Below are positions 1 to 10,046 of a DNA stretch of 64,000 nucleotides, in pieces (position 1 is the stretch's first letter; every line of letters begins with the position of its first letter). This stretch comes from an uncultured bacterium. Its GTDB lineage: Bacteria; Actinomycetota; Acidimicrobiia; Spongiisociales; ZC4RG35. The notes under the pieces were generated by a model that made no database searches, was not told where the DNA came from, and saw nothing but the letters and a program-made list of their open reading frames with translations. The position numbers and the translations under genes were made by a program. The stretch is taken from assembly GCA_963753285.1 (NCBI GenBank), contig CAVWBT010000010.1:240481-304480 (forward strand), written 5' to 3'.

Positions 1-75
1 GACGGTCTCCTCCTGAACGGACGCCGACACGATCGCTCCCCGGCGCTGACGTCCGGCTGACGCGTCAGCCGGCGT

Positions 76-1398
76 TCAGCTGATCGCAGGCATCCGTAGT
101 TCGAACGTCGCGCCTCGCCCGTCGACGAGGCGCAGCGATCCGTTGTGGCGCTCGGCGATCTCCCTGGCGATCGCGAGCCCGAGTCCGGTTCCACCGTGTG
201 TCGGCGTCCGCGAATCGTCGGCCCTTCCGAATCGCTCGAAGATGACTTGTGCCACGCTGGGGTCGACACCGGCACCGTCGTCGGTGATCTTCAGCACGGC
301 TTCGCCCTCGACTTCGTTGAGCGCAACCAGAACGGTGGAGGACGCGTGTCGTTCGGCGTTGTCCAGGAGGTTCCTGATCGCCCGTGCCAGCTGGGCGCGA
401 TCTCCGAGGACGTGCGCCCCGGAGAGGCCTGAGCGATCGACGAGGACCCGGCCGCGAGTGGAGAGTCGTTCGAGCTCCCGCATCACGATGTCGTCCAGGT
501 CGAGCGGAGTCGGATCGAATCGGAGCGACCCACCGTCGGCTCTTGCGAGCTCGAGCAGGTCTTCGGTCAGCCGTTGCATGCCGACCACCTCCTCGAGGGC
601 TTCTCCAAGGACCGTCCGAGGATCGTCCGGATTGGCTTGCTCGACCTCGAGAGACGTTCGGAGACGGGTCAACGGGCTGCGCAGTTCGTGCGATGCGTCG
701 GCCACGAAGCGCTGTTGGCGGTCGATGGAACGCTGCAGACGCTCGAGCATGCGGTTCATCGTCTCGGCGAGGCGCTGGACTTCGTCGTCTGAGCTTGGAA
801 CCGGGACCCGGCGGTCGAGTTCCGTCACTCCGATCGTCTGAACCTCGTCGGTGATCGCCTGAACCGGCCGGAGGGTTCGACCGACGAACACCCATATGAG
901 CCAGCCGAGGGCGAGGTCGAGCAGCGGGACGGTGATCGCGAGGCCCCCGATGAGAGCAGCGATGCTCTCGCCGACGACGTCGGCGCTCGTCCCGACATGG
1001 ATGACGCCACCGGCGTCGAGGCGACGTGTGAGCACTCGAAACGAGTCGTCGTCGACTGGAAGCCCGTCGAGCGTTCGGAAGACGCGCTCCGACGTCTGCG
1101 GCGTCGGGATTCGCAGTGGTGGGGCTTGTGACAGGTTGGGACTTGACGCGACCACGCGGCCATCGACACCGATGATCTGGACGAATTGCTCTGGGGCCGC
1201 TCCCGCCTCGAAGTCGGCTCCGAATCGTGCGAATTGAGCCACCGCATCGGTTGCTCGCCGTTCGAGTGTCTCGTCGAGCGTTGCGGTCAAGCTCGCCCGT
1301 TGAAATACGGTGAGCCCAACCGACCCGATTGCCAGGACCGCCGTCGTGGCGGCGACCGCGCTCAACGTGACCCGAAGCCTGAGCGACCGACGGTTCAT
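76..1398 (-). CDS. two-component sensor histidine kinase (TM + HAMP + HisKA + HATPase_c)
   Basis: ORF translation has N-terminal hydrophobic segments, the H-box SHELRSPLT, and G-box motifs GTGLGLAIA near the C-terminus. Its stop overlaps the start of the downstream response regulator. Confidence 0.85.
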   Translation of the reverse strand: MNRRSLRLRVTLSAVAATTAVLAIGSVGLTVFQRASLTATLDETLERRATDAVAQFARFGADFEAGAAPEQFVQIIGVDGRVVASSPNLSQAPPLRIPTPQTSERVFRTLDGLPVDDDSFRVLTRRLDAGGVIHVGTSADVVGESIAALIGGLAITVPLLDLALGWLIWVFVGRTLRPVQAITDEVQTIGVTELDRRVPVPSSDDEVQRLAETMNRMLERLQRSIDRQQRFVADASHELRSPLTRLRTSLEVEQANPDDPRTVLGEALEEVVGMQRLTEDLLELARADGGSLRFDPTPLDLDDIVMRELERLSTRGRVLVDRSGLSGAHVLGDRAQLARAIRNLLDNAERHASSTVLVALNEVEGEAVLKITDDGAGVDPSVAQVIFERFGRADDSRTPTHGGTGLGLAIAREIAERHNGSLRLVDGRGATFELRMPAIS

Positions 1399-2081
1399 CC
1401 ACCCTCCGGGTCGAGTCGGTAGCCGACACCTCGCACCGTTTGAATGCTGTGTCGGCCGAACGGTTCGTCGATCCGGGTGCGCAGTCGCCTGATGTAGACC
1501 TCGACGATGTTGAGGTCGCCGTCGAAGCCATAGTCCCAGACGCCGTCGACGATCTGCGTCTTCGACAGCACTTCGCCCGCTCGGCGCATCAAGAACTCGA
1601 GCACGTCGAACTGTCGTGCCGTCAACACGACTTCGCTGTCGCCTCGCCAGACCCTGCGCTGGAGTGGATCGATGCGGAGGTCACCCGCGGAGACCGGCGC
1701 TGGGTCTCTGCCAGCGGATCGCCTGAGCAGGGCTCGGATCCTCGCGACGAGGACCGCGAACGAGAATGGCTTCGTCAGGTAGTCGTCCGCCCCGGTGTCG
1801 AGTGCTTCGGCCTCGTCGAGATCGCCACTCTTGGCCGTCAGCATGATGATCGGCGTCCAGTTTCCGGCGTCTCGCAGGTCGGCGCAGATCTCGTAGCCGT
1901 TCCGCCCCGGCAGCAGGATGTCGAGGATGATCACGTCGTACGTGCCCTCGGTCGCCATCCACAGGCCGTCGGTCCCGGTCAGGGCGACGTCGACCGTGAA
2001 TCCCTCCGCCTGGAGCCCGCGTTTCACCGACGCGGCGATCCGCTTGTCGTCCTCGACGATCAGCACCTTCACACGCTGCAT
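1395..2081 (-). CDS. OmpR-family response regulator (REC + winged-helix)
   Basis: MQRVKVLIVEDD...DVIILDILLPG...LTAK, then a C-terminal trans_reg_C-like segment (VGYRL). Translationally coupled to the kinase gene. Confidence 0.9.
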   Translation of the reverse strand: MQRVKVLIVEDDKRIAASVKRGLQAEGFTVDVALTGTDGLWMATEGTYDVIILDILLPGRNGYEICADLRDAGNWTPIIMLTAKSGDLDEAEALDTGADDYLTKPFSFAVLVARIRALLRRSAGRDPAPVSAGDLRIDPLQRRVWRGDSEVVLTARQFDVLEFLMRRAGEVLSKTQIVDGVWDYGFDGDLNIVEVYIRRLRTRIDEPFGRHSIQTVRGVGYRLDPEGG

Positions 2082-2225
2082 TCTTCCACGGTGTGCCTGA
2101 CGCGAGCCTGACTCTGCGCTGACCGGCCCCGTTCGAGGGTCAGCGCACCGTCAGCGTTCGTGTCGTACGTTGACCCCGATCATCGATCCCGCTCCATGCG
2201 GGCCTTCGATCTCAGGAGGTCGAGA

Positions 2226-2552
2226 ATGCAGAAGAAGACGAAGATCATGCTGGGGGTCGCAGCTGTCGCCGTGGCGGGGGCCATCCCGCTCAGCGGGATC
2301 GCCGGGGCCGTTGCAGGAGAGATCGACCAGCCAATCACCGGAGACGCGCTCGAGAAGGCCAGCGATGCCGCGCTGACCTTCATCGGCGAGGGGCGAGTCA
2401 CCGACACCGAGGTCGGTGACGAGGAGAGCTTCTACGAAGTCGAGATCACCCGCGAGGACGGCACCCAGGTCGACGTGCAGCTGGACGAGGCGTTCGTCGT
2501 GGTTGGCTCGGAGGACGAGACTCCGGGCGAGAACGAAGCGAACGCAGATTGA
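2226..2552 (+). CDS. PepSY-domain secreted protein
   Basis: An internal ATG at 2226 is preceded by GGAGGT. It encodes a signal peptide (KIMLGVAAVAVAGA) and a PepSY-like acidic domain. PepSY proteins commonly sit beside two-component systems. Confidence 0.55.
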   Translation: MQKKTKIMLGVAAVAVAGAIPLSGIAGAVAGEIDQPITGDALEKASDAALTFIGEGRVTDTEVGDEESFYEVEITREDGTQVDVQLDEAFVVVGSEDETPGENEANAD

Positions 2553-2658
2553 CTGCCGCGCGGCCGGCGCGAGTTCACCGGGTCGCCGAACGAAGTCTCA
2601 ACACGACCATCGCGATGGTGCCGATCAGGAGAAGCATCGGGTCACCTCCAAGAGACGA

Positions 2659-4488
2659 TCATCGCGACATGAGCCGTTCCTCACGGGCGCCGACGTTGAA
2701 TGCGTCTGCTCCCGGGATGGCGAGATAGACGACCTCATCCCCCGGTGACAGCCGGGCGCTGGTCGCGTAGGGGGCGGACTCGAACCGGTTGACGACTGCC
2801 AGGGGGAACATCCCGGGGTCGTCGGGCCACGGTGCGACCGAGAAGTCCGTCTCGACCTCGGAATCGCCGGTCACTGGAACCGTGCCAAGTAGCGCCCTGC
2901 CGGTCGCAGTCGCGTGCTCCCAATCGAGGAGATCCTCTGGAGCGCGGATGATCGAGATGCCGGACGCCTTCAACAGGCTACGGAACGTCTGGGAGTCGGA
3001 GTCGCGGAGGATCACCGACACGTTGGGCACCCCTGCCTCGACTGCCATTTGCGCGGCGAGCACGTTCACCTCTGCGTTCGGTGTTGCTGCGATCAGCGTG
3101 TCTCGCTTGTCGATGCCTGCGGACTCGAGTGTGACGTCGTCCAGACCGCTCCCGGCGAGCACGTCGAGCCCCTCCATTTCACCAGCCACCTGGTGTTCCC
3201 GGTTGGTGTCGATCAGCGTGACCGGTGTCGAGCTGCGCAGCGCCAAAGCGAGATCGCGGGCGATCGGACCGGCCCCGACGATGAGCGCACCTTTGCGTCC
3301 GCCCGCCCGGACCAGGTCGCCGGTGGAGCGGAGCCACTTCACACCCAGGGTGAGGAGAACCGGAACGGTGGCCGTCGTGAACAGCGCCATGAAGACGAGG
3401 ATGGAGAAGACGTCCTGATCGATCAGGCCCTGCACGAGTGCGATCTCGGCCACGATGATCTCGACGGCTCCACGCCCGTTCATCCCGGAGCCGATCACCA
3501 GCCCCTCGCGCCATCCGTTGCGGCTGGGCAGGTAGAACAGGGCGGTGCCGACGATCTTGCCGACGGTCGCGAGCACCACGATGCCTATCAGCAGGGCGAG
3601 ATCGGTGCGGAACACGTCGAGTGAGACCTGGAAGCCTGCCGAGACGAAGAAGAACGGCGCCAGGAGTCCGACCGACACCGTTCGCAGCTTCTGCTCGGTG
3701 TCGCGCGCCACCTTGGCCCCCAAGAGATCGCCGTCGAGAAGGAGTCCGGCGACGAATGCCCCGAGAATGGCGTGGATGCCTGCGAGTTCGGCCGTCCATG
3801 CGACCGCCATGCCGAAGACGATCACGGCGAGGAGTGCAGCGCCGTTGTCGAATTCCCGATCCTTGACGAAGCGCTTGACCCTCGGCAGCACCATGGTGGT
3901 GACGAGTAACGCTCCGAGCACGAACGCCATGGCGCGAAGGCCGGCGATGGCGCCTGTCGCCAGCGAGATGCCGTCACTCGTGCCGGGACCGATCACCGCG
4001 GCGAACACGATCAGAACGGCGAGGTCGGACAGCAGAGCTGCGGCGACGAGCACGTGGGCGATCCTGGTGTCGAGGATCTTGAGATCCACGAGGATTCTCG
4101 ACTTCGTCGCGAGCGACGTGACGCCCATCGCAAGACCCACGAACAACGACTCGAGCAGTGAACGGCCAACAGCCAGCATGAGCGCCATCCCGAGGGCCGT
4201 CGGGACGATGAAGCCGCCCACCGCTGCCAGCAGGCCGGGCATCGAGGCTTTCCGGAGATCGCCGAGATCGAGATGCATCCCGATGTACAGCATCATGAGC
4301 AGGATGCCGAACTCGCCGAGGATGGTGATCGCCTCGTCGCCTGCGAGGAGCCCGAGCATCGGTGGACCGAGAACGATTCCGGCGACGATCTCTCCGAGGA
4401 TCGACGGGTAGCCGATCCTCGTGGCGAGGCGTCCGCCGGCGAGCGCAGCCGCCAGGACGAGGGCGATCATCAGGATCTCATGGTGCAT
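2659..4488 (-). CDS. cation:proton antiporter (Kef/NhaP type) with C-terminal TrkA-N/TrkA-C (RCK) domains
   Basis: 609-aa ORF. The N-terminal ~400 aa are polytopic membrane with GxxxG-rich helices. The C-terminus has a Rossmann segment (GAGPIARDLALAL) and a TrkA-C-like tail. Confidence 0.85.
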   Translation of the reverse strand: MHHEILMIALVLAAALAGGRLATRIGYPSILGEIVAGIVLGPPMLGLLAGDEAITILGEFGILLMMLYIGMHLDLGDLRKASMPGLLAAVGGFIVPTALGMALMLAVGRSLLESLFVGLAMGVTSLATKSRILVDLKILDTRIAHVLVAAALLSDLAVLIVFAAVIGPGTSDGISLATGAIAGLRAMAFVLGALLVTTMVLPRVKRFVKDREFDNGAALLAVIVFGMAVAWTAELAGIHAILGAFVAGLLLDGDLLGAKVARDTEQKLRTVSVGLLAPFFFVSAGFQVSLDVFRTDLALLIGIVVLATVGKIVGTALFYLPSRNGWREGLVIGSGMNGRGAVEIIVAEIALVQGLIDQDVFSILVFMALFTTATVPVLLTLGVKWLRSTGDLVRAGGRKGALIVGAGPIARDLALALRSSTPVTLIDTNREHQVAGEMEGLDVLAGSGLDDVTLESAGIDKRDTLIAATPNAEVNVLAAQMAVEAGVPNVSVILRDSDSQTFRSLLKASGISIIRAPEDLLDWEHATATGRALLGTVPVTGDSEVETDFSVAPWPDDPGMFPLAVVNRFESAPYATSARLSPGDEVVYLAIPGADAFNVGAREERLMSR

Positions 4489-4521
4489 GCCGAACCTCCT
4501 CGTCTCGTCTCCGTCTCGTCT

Positions 4522-4992
4522 TCATCCGATTCCGGCTCCGGACAAGTGGATGCGGCGGTCGGCCGGTTGGGATCGACACAGCGCGAACACCGGTTCGAGG
4601 AGCGCCTCGGGCCGGCCGAAGATGCAGTCCGGAATCGTGACGTCGACCGGGAGCAGATCGGAGACCGGGGTCGATGCCACCAGTGGTTCGGTCCAGAATC
4701 GTGTCGCGCCCGGGCAGACGCCGGAGGCGATCACCACTTTGGGCTCGGGTATCGAGTCGTACACCTGTCGGCAACTCGGCCCGGAGCCTTCCAGGACCCG
4801 CTCGGAGACCACCAGGAAGTGCAGTCCGACGTCGCCGAGGTCGATGCGGTTGCTCCGGAAGCGGATCAGGTCGAAGGAGCCGGACTCACCCGGATTGCCG
4901 CGACACCAGCACGGGCCGTGTTGGAGGAGCCACACGTTCGGCCGCCCAGGCAACGCCTCGGCGGGTTCGAGGTCTCGCAGCCGGGAGATCAC
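4522..4992 (-). CDS. NuoB / [NiFe]-hydrogenase small-subunit-like (NADH:ubiquinone oxidoreductase 20 kDa family) protein, stand-alone
   Basis: The translation aligns by eye to NuoB blocks: FDLIRF vs FDVMRFG, KVVIASGVCPGA vs WVISMGSCANGG, and LLPVDVTIPDCIFGRPEAL vs IVPVDVYVPGCPPRPEAL. Four Cys are retained, in a CxC...C...C arrangement. Confidence 0.6.
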   Translation of the reverse strand: MISRLRDLEPAEALPGRPNVWLLQHGPCWCRGNPGESGSFDLIRFRSNRIDLGDVGLHFLVVSERVLEGSGPSCRQVYDSIPEPKVVIASGVCPGATRFWTEPLVASTPVSDLLPVDVTIPDCIFGRPEALLEPVFALCRSQPADRRIHLSGAGIG

Positions 4993-5290
4993 GATGATCC
5001 GTCCCGGGTCGGTCGGGCCGGACGGTGCGTGGTGATGGCACGATCGTGCGAGATCCGTACGACGCTCGCCGAGGAGTGCGGTCCCGTACAGTGGGCTTCG
5101 ATCTGGCGTCCCATGTACAGAGTATGGGAAGCGCGGTTGACGACGATCGTCCGGTCATGTGACGTTTGTGTGACATCTCGGCCGGCGTCGGGGTCCCTCG
5201 GTAGCGTCGGATCACAGCAACGGCGCAGAGCGAGAGACGATGGAGGAAGATGCCGACTCGATCCATCACGGTGCGTGGCGAGCGGCGGAG

Positions 5291-6007
5291 ATGACGTCGG
5301 CCACCTCACCTGCGCATGTGCTCATCGTGGAAGACGACGAGGGCGTCCGCCGGTCGCTCGTTCTCGCTCTGCGCGACGAGGGCCACACCGTCGACTCGGC
5401 CGGCGACGCGACCTCAGGATTCGCATCCTTCTCGAAGCGGGTGCCCGACCTCGTGCTGATCGACATCATGCTCCCGGGGGAGAGTGGTCTCGACCTGTGC
5501 CGGCGGATCCGTCAGGTCAGTCAGGTGCCGATCATCATGGTCACCGCCAGAGACGATTCACACGACGTCGTGGCAGGGTTGGAGGCGGGTGCCGACGATT
5601 ATGTGACGAAGCCCTTCGTCTTCAAGGAACTGGCGGCGCGCATCAGGGCCCTGCTGCGCCGAGCGAGGGGATCGAGCGACACCGGGAGCACCATGCGCTT
5701 CGGAGGACTCGAGATCTCACGGAGTGAGGGGCGGGTGTCCCGGGACGGTGAGGACATCTCGCTCACCCGCACCGAATTCCTCCTCCTCTGCGAACTGGCA
5801 GGAAGCCCGCGCAGGGTCTTCTCCCGGGACCAGCTGCTCTCCAGCGTGTGGGGGTACGACTACTTCGGCGACGGCCGGGTCGTGGATGCCCATGTCCGCC
5901 GTCTGAGGAAGAAGCTCGAGCCTTCGCCGTCCGATCCGACGTACGTGCAGACGGTGCGCGGACTCGGATACAAGTTCGATCCCACCGGTGCCGATGCCGA
6001 GGGGTAG
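5291..6007 (+). CDS. mtrA: OmpR-family response regulator, MtrA-like
   Basis: HVLIVEDDEGVRRSL...LVLIDIMLPGESGLDLCRRIR...MVTARDD, then a winged helix (VRGLGYKF). It is followed by a kinase gene and an lpqB-like gene as in mtrAB-lpqB. ATG at 5291 chosen; the ORF opens at 5240. Confidence 0.8.
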   Translation: MTSATSPAHVLIVEDDEGVRRSLVLALRDEGHTVDSAGDATSGFASFSKRVPDLVLIDIMLPGESGLDLCRRIRQVSQVPIIMVTARDDSHDVVAGLEAGADDYVTKPFVFKELAARIRALLRRARGSSDTGSTMRFGGLEISRSEGRVSRDGEDISLTRTEFLLLCELAGSPRRVFSRDQLLSSVWGYDYFGDGRVVDAHVRRLRKKLEPSPSDPTYVQTVRGLGYKFDPTGADAEG

Positions 6008-7403
6008 CGCCGGCCTCCCGTTGCCAGCGCGACTCAGGTCGCGACTCGGGCTGAGGACGAAGATCATCATCCTGTTCGCTGCGATCGGGTTGATCCTCTC
6101 CTCACTGCTCGGAACGATCACCTACTTCGCGGCCCGCCAGCTGTTGCTCGACGACCGCGAAGCGATCGCCGTGGAGCAGGCCGCAGGCGACGGGCGGCTG
6201 GTGTTCACTGCGCTTCGCGGCGGTCAGGCCAATCCCGCCGAGGTTCTGGCGTCCCTGCGGCCGCCGACGAGGTCCACGCCGATGCTGCTGCGCGACGCCC
6301 AGTGGTTCGCGGCGTCGCTGCAGGTCCGCCCCGAGGACCTGCCGCATGCGTTGACGTCCATGGTCGAGGGCGGCACCCCGGCCCTTCAGCGGACGACCGT
6401 AAACGGAGTCCCCGTGCTCGTGATCGGGTTCCCGCTGCCCGACGACGCGGGCGCCTATCTCGAGGTCTTCTCGCTCGCTGACGTCAGAACCATCCTCTCG
6501 ACGTTGCAGCGGGTGCTGATCCTCGCCGGAGCGGTGGCGACCGTCGCAGGAGTGGTGCTCGGGGGCTGGATGGCGGGTCGCGTGTTGCGTCCGCTCCGAG
6601 AGGTCACGGAAGTGGCGAGCCGGATCGCCGAAGGCGAGCTCGACACACGTCTCGACGAGCAGCTCGATCGCGACCTGACGGTGCTCTCGGGAGCGTTCAA
6701 CCGCATGGCGGACACGCTGCAGGCCCGGATCGCCCGGGAGGCTCGCTTCGCCTCCGACGTGGCCCACGAGCTCCGGACCCCGATCACCAGCCTGGTGACG
6801 TCGCTGGCGGTGATCGAGGGGCGACGACCCGAGCTGTCCGAGCAGGGGAGAGAGGCGTTGGGAATCCTGTCCGACGACGTTCAGCGTTTGCAGCACACGG
6901 TGGCCGATCTCACCGAGATGGCGAAACACGATGCCGGGGTCGTCACGGCCGATCTCGAGCTGTATCCCGTCCCCGCCCTCATCGGTGGCATCCTGAACCG
7001 GCTTCACCGTCACGACATCAGGGCCGACTTCGATCAGGGCGCGTTGCGGGCGCTCATCCGCGCAGACGAGCGACGGCTCGAACGGATCATCGCGAATCTG
7101 ATCGAGAACGCCGATACCCACGGCGGCGGAGTGATGCGCCTTGCTGTCCGATCCGGGCAATCGGTCGTCACGATCGCGGTCGAAGACGAGGGGCCCGGAG
7201 TGCCGGAGGCGGAGCGGAGCCGGATCTTCGAACGCTTCTCACGAGGCTCGTCAACGTACCGGTCGGCGAGAGTGACGGGGAGCGGGCTCGGACTCTCGCT
7301 CGCCGCGGAGAACACCGCGCTCCAACGTGGCCGGATCTGGGTCGAGGACCGGCCGGGCGGCGGGGCCCGATTCGTTGTGGAGTTGGAGGCAGAGACCGCA
7401 TGA
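5988..7403 (+). CDS. mtrB: sensor histidine kinase, MtrB-like
   Basis: Has a TM helix, HAMP, the H-box SDVAHELRTPIT, and C-terminal G-boxes GSGLGLSLA. Overlaps the mtrA end and the lpqB start. Confidence 0.8.
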   Translation: MPMPRGSAGLPLPARLRSRLGLRTKIIILFAAIGLILSSLLGTITYFAARQLLLDDREAIAVEQAAGDGRLVFTALRGGQANPAEVLASLRPPTRSTPMLLRDAQWFAASLQVRPEDLPHALTSMVEGGTPALQRTTVNGVPVLVIGFPLPDDAGAYLEVFSLADVRTILSTLQRVLILAGAVATVAGVVLGGWMAGRVLRPLREVTEVASRIAEGELDTRLDEQLDRDLTVLSGAFNRMADTLQARIAREARFASDVAHELRTPITSLVTSLAVIEGRRPELSEQGREALGILSDDVQRLQHTVADLTEMAKHDAGVVTADLELYPVPALIGGILNRLHRHDIRADFDQGALRALIRADERRLERIIANLIENADTHGGGVMRLAVRSGQSVVTIAVEDEGPGVPEAERSRIFERFSRGSSTYRSARVTGSGLGLSLAAENTALQRGRIWVEDRPGGGARFVVELEAETA

Positions 7404-7942
7404 AGTCCCGATTGCTCGCGTTCGTTCTGGTATTGAGCGCATGTGGTATCCCGCTCGACTCCGAGCCCCGGCAGGTGCCGCTCGAACTCCCGGTCCCGGG
7501 CGGCTTCGAAGAAGCAATCGGCGTCGAATTGGAGTCCGTCAGGATCTTCCTCGTTCGAGACGATCAACTCGTCGGGGTCACTCGAAACGTCCGGGCGCCG
7601 GCGAGGCTGGTCGACGTGATCGAGGCGCTGGTGGCGGGGCCAACCGATGCCGAGGAGCGGTCCGGACTGCGGACGTCGATCCCCGCCGGCACCACGATGT
7701 CCGATGTACGGCAGCAGGGTCCGATCGCCGTCATCGACCTGAGTGCGGACTTCGCCGCCGTTGGTGGCGCCCAGGAGATCCTGGCGGTCGCCCAGTTCGT
7801 CCTCACGACCACCCAGGTCGAGGGGATCGAGTCGGTCAGCTTCGAGTTGCAGGGTGTCCGCACCGATGTACCGATCACGGACGGCGCCCTCTCGGTGGAG
7901 CCGGTCACCGCAGCCGATTACGCGGACCTGGTCGACCGTTGA
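7400..7942 (+). CDS. lpqB: LpqB-like lipoprotein (GerMN domain only, short form)
   Basis: Lipobox LVLSAC|G and a GerMN-like segment. Third gene of the conserved mtrA-mtrB-lpqB arrangement; ATG overlaps the mtrB stop (ATGA). At 180 aa it is much shorter than mycobacterial LpqB. Confidence 0.55.
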   Translation: MKSRLLAFVLVLSACGIPLDSEPRQVPLELPVPGGFEEAIGVELESVRIFLVRDDQLVGVTRNVRAPARLVDVIEALVAGPTDAEERSGLRTSIPAGTTMSDVRQQGPIAVIDLSADFAAVGGAQEILAVAQFVLTTTQVEGIESVSFELQGVRTDVPITDGALSVEPVTAADYADLVDR

Positions 7943-7966
7943 CCTGGTCTCCGTCCCGTTCGGCGG

Positions 7967-8194
7967 ATGTACGCTCTCGACATGGCCTATCGATGCGCGC
8001 ACTGTGGCAATCGGACGAGGTTCGATGTCGTCGACACTGTCCGCCGCAAGCGTTTCCACCACTACACCCTCGGCGGGGAGCTCGACGTGGAATCCGAGGA
8101 GATCCTCGAGCAGCAGATCGAGTCGATCACGTGTCGCTGGTGCGACCGTGCCGACGGCATCGAGGAGTACCGGATCGAGTCGTCTTCGACTTGA
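7967..8194 (+). CDS. small zinc-ribbon protein (CxxC...CxxC)
   Basis: 75 aa with CAHCGN and CRWCDR pairs. Confidence 0.4.
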   Translation: MYALDMAYRCAHCGNRTRFDVVDTVRRKRFHHYTLGGELDVESEEILEQQIESITCRWCDRADGIEEYRIESSST

Positions 8195-8228
8195 ATCCTC
8201 GATCACGCCCGATGTCACGGGTGCCTGG

Positions 8229-8780
8229 TCAGCTCTTGGGCGGCGTGTCCCAGTCGTGGACGTCCTTGCCTGCTTCGCGACTGAGGATGTCCAGTGCCGC
8301 CTTCGCTCCGTCACCGGCAGAGATGATCGCCTGGCTCCGCCCGGGTCGAGCGCTGCGTCCGATCACGTAGACCCGTGGCTCCGAGCTGCGGGCCTCGGTG
8401 TCGACGAGGATCGCACCTTCGTCCTCGTCGAGCCCGAGTGAGCGGGCGAGCTCGGGGTTCTTGCCTTCGGACAGGATCAGGTAATCGCCCTCAACCATCT
8501 CTCCAGATTCCAGGGTTGCAGTGACGCCATCGCGGTCTGCGGTGACCGCCGTGACCGTGGCCGCATCGATCGAGGCTCCGACCGCCGTCGCCTGTGAGCG
8601 AGCCCGCGCCTGGAAATCCGACCCGGAGATCTCTTCGATCCCGAGATAGTTGTGCAGGTAGGCGTAGTGCATCGCCGTCTCGTCCTTGCCGTACACGGTC
8701 ACATCGGTCCCGTTCTTGGCCAGGAACAGTGCGGCGCTGAGGCCTCCGGGGCCGTCTCCGATCACGATTGTGCGGGTCAT
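8229..8780 (-). CDS. FAD-dependent oxidoreductase (short thioredoxin-reductase-like)
   Basis: N-terminal dinucleotide-binding motif IVIGDGPGGLSAALFLAK, and a second GD motif near the C-terminus. Confidence 0.65.
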   Translation of the reverse strand: MTRTIVIGDGPGGLSAALFLAKNGTDVTVYGKDETAMHYAYLHNYLGIEEISGSDFQARARSQATAVGASIDAATVTAVTADRDGVTATLESGEMVEGDYLILSEGKNPELARSLGLDEDEGAILVDTEARSSEPRVYVIGRSARPGRSQAIISAGDGAKAALDILSREAGKDVHDWDTPPKS

Positions 8781-8834
8781 GTCTTCTCCTCGGGTGTTGT
8801 AGAAATGAAATCGGGCACGATGCGCTCGGCCGGG

Positions 8835-10046
8835 TCAACGGCTGCGCAGGGCGTTGCGAGCAGACTCGTGCGCCGCCGAGCGTATCCGTACTTCGCGCGG
8901 ATCGTCCACCAGATAGAACCCCATGCGGTTCATGGCGTAGCAGAACCCCATCCTGAGGTCGGGGTCGGCGAACCCCATCGAACCTCCTGCGCCGGGCGTT
9001 CCGAAGGCGGCGGGCGATCCAAAATCGAACCCGGGCCACGGCTTGCACATCCCGAGCGAGAACGCCGTGTCCATGTGGAGAACCTCGTCGTGTGGGCCTT
9101 CGGTCGGTGTCGTCGCTGGGACGGTGAGACTTGCCAGCGTTTCCTCGTCGATCCCGAGGCGGCGCCCGCCGGTTGCGAACTCGCCGTATGCGATGGCCAC
9201 GCTGCGCGACGTGCCGGTTCCGTTCGCTGCCGGTAGCTCGATGCGCCGCACATCCCGGTCGTTGTACCTGACGGGCATGCCCACGACCTTCGGGTTCGCA
9301 AAGGAACGCGCGGTGATCGACTTCGGGTTGAGGAACTTCCTCACGAAGGCGGTCGGGAGGGTGCGAATGTTCGCAATCATCTTGACCCGGTACCAGTCGC
9401 CCATGACTCGGGCAAGACGGTCTTCGGGGATGTCGTCGGGTAGACCGATGTGGAAGTCCAACCCCAGCGGCGCCGCGATTTCGTCGGCGAAGTAGCGGCC
9501 GACGGTGCGGTGCTTCGGATCGACCCGGCGGATCAACTCGGACTCGTACCACCCGAGCGTCACACCGTGGTAGCCGTGCCTCGTGCCAGGCTCCCACGCC
9601 GGGGCCTGTTTGCCGATCGCCGCTGCGACCGCGTCGGGGTCCCCGAGTGTCTCGAGATCCATCGGCTCGTCGATGGCGCACAGCCCTCCCTGGTGCGACA
9701 GCAGCGTCCGGACGGTCATCTCGGCCTTCCCGTTCGCCGCAAACTCCGGCCAGTACGCGGCAACCGGATCGTCGTAGGCGAAGAGTTGTCGCGAGTGAGC
9801 ATGGGCGACGGCGAGAGCCGACATGCCCTTCGTAGTGGAGAACATGTTGACGAGCGTGTCCCGCTGCCAGGCCAGTCCGGTTCTCGGGTTGGCGACGCCG
9901 GCCCAGAGATCCACGACGAGCTCGCCATCGACCACCACGGCGCAGGCCGCCCCGACTTCATGCCCATCGGCGAAGTTCTGCTCGAAGGCCTCCCGCACTC
10001 GCTCGAAGCCAGGCTCGGTGAAACCACCGATCGGTGTGTCGGTCAT
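8835..10046 (-). CDS. serine hydrolase, class C beta-lactamase / esterase family
   Basis: 403 aa with an S-x-x-K active-site motif (FSTTKGM) and a typical beta-lactamase-fold length. Confidence 0.8.
   Translation of the reverse strand: MTDTPIGGFTEPGFERVREAFEQNFADGHEVGAACAVVVDGELVVDLWAGVANPRTGLAWQRDTLVNMFSTTKGMSALAVAHAHSRQLFAYDDPVAAYWPEFAANGKAEMTVRTLLSHQGGLCAIDEPMDLETLGDPDAVAAAIGKQAPAWEPGTRHGYHGVTLGWYESELIRRVDPKHRTVGRYFADEIAAPLGLDFHIGLPDDIPEDRLARVMGDWYRVKMIANIRTLPTAFVRKFLNPKSITARSFANPKVVGMPVRYNDRDVRRIELPAANGTGTSRSVAIAYGEFATGGRRLGIDEETLASLTVPATTPTEGPHDEVLHMDTAFSLGMCKPWPGFDFGSPAAFGTPGAGGSMGFADPDLRMGFCYAMNRMGFYLVDDPREVRIRSAAHESARNALRSR

Noticed and set aside
65-1531. Large Arg/Pro-rich ORFs overlapping real genes on other frames or strands. 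Examples: 65..1531(-), 8491..9681(-), 31572..33386(+), 36437..37708(-), 43199..44512(-), 47576..48259(-), 48284..49303(-), 18157..21411(+).
   Set aside because: These are typical high-GC shadow ORFs. They are low-complexity R/P/G-rich translations with no domain motifs, and each overlaps a well-supported gene.
2553-2658. GC palindromes (ccgcgcgg, gccggc) between the convergent PepSY and antiporter genes as a bidirectional terminator.
   Set aside because: The stems are short and there is no flanking T/A tract. Too weak to call on sequence alone.
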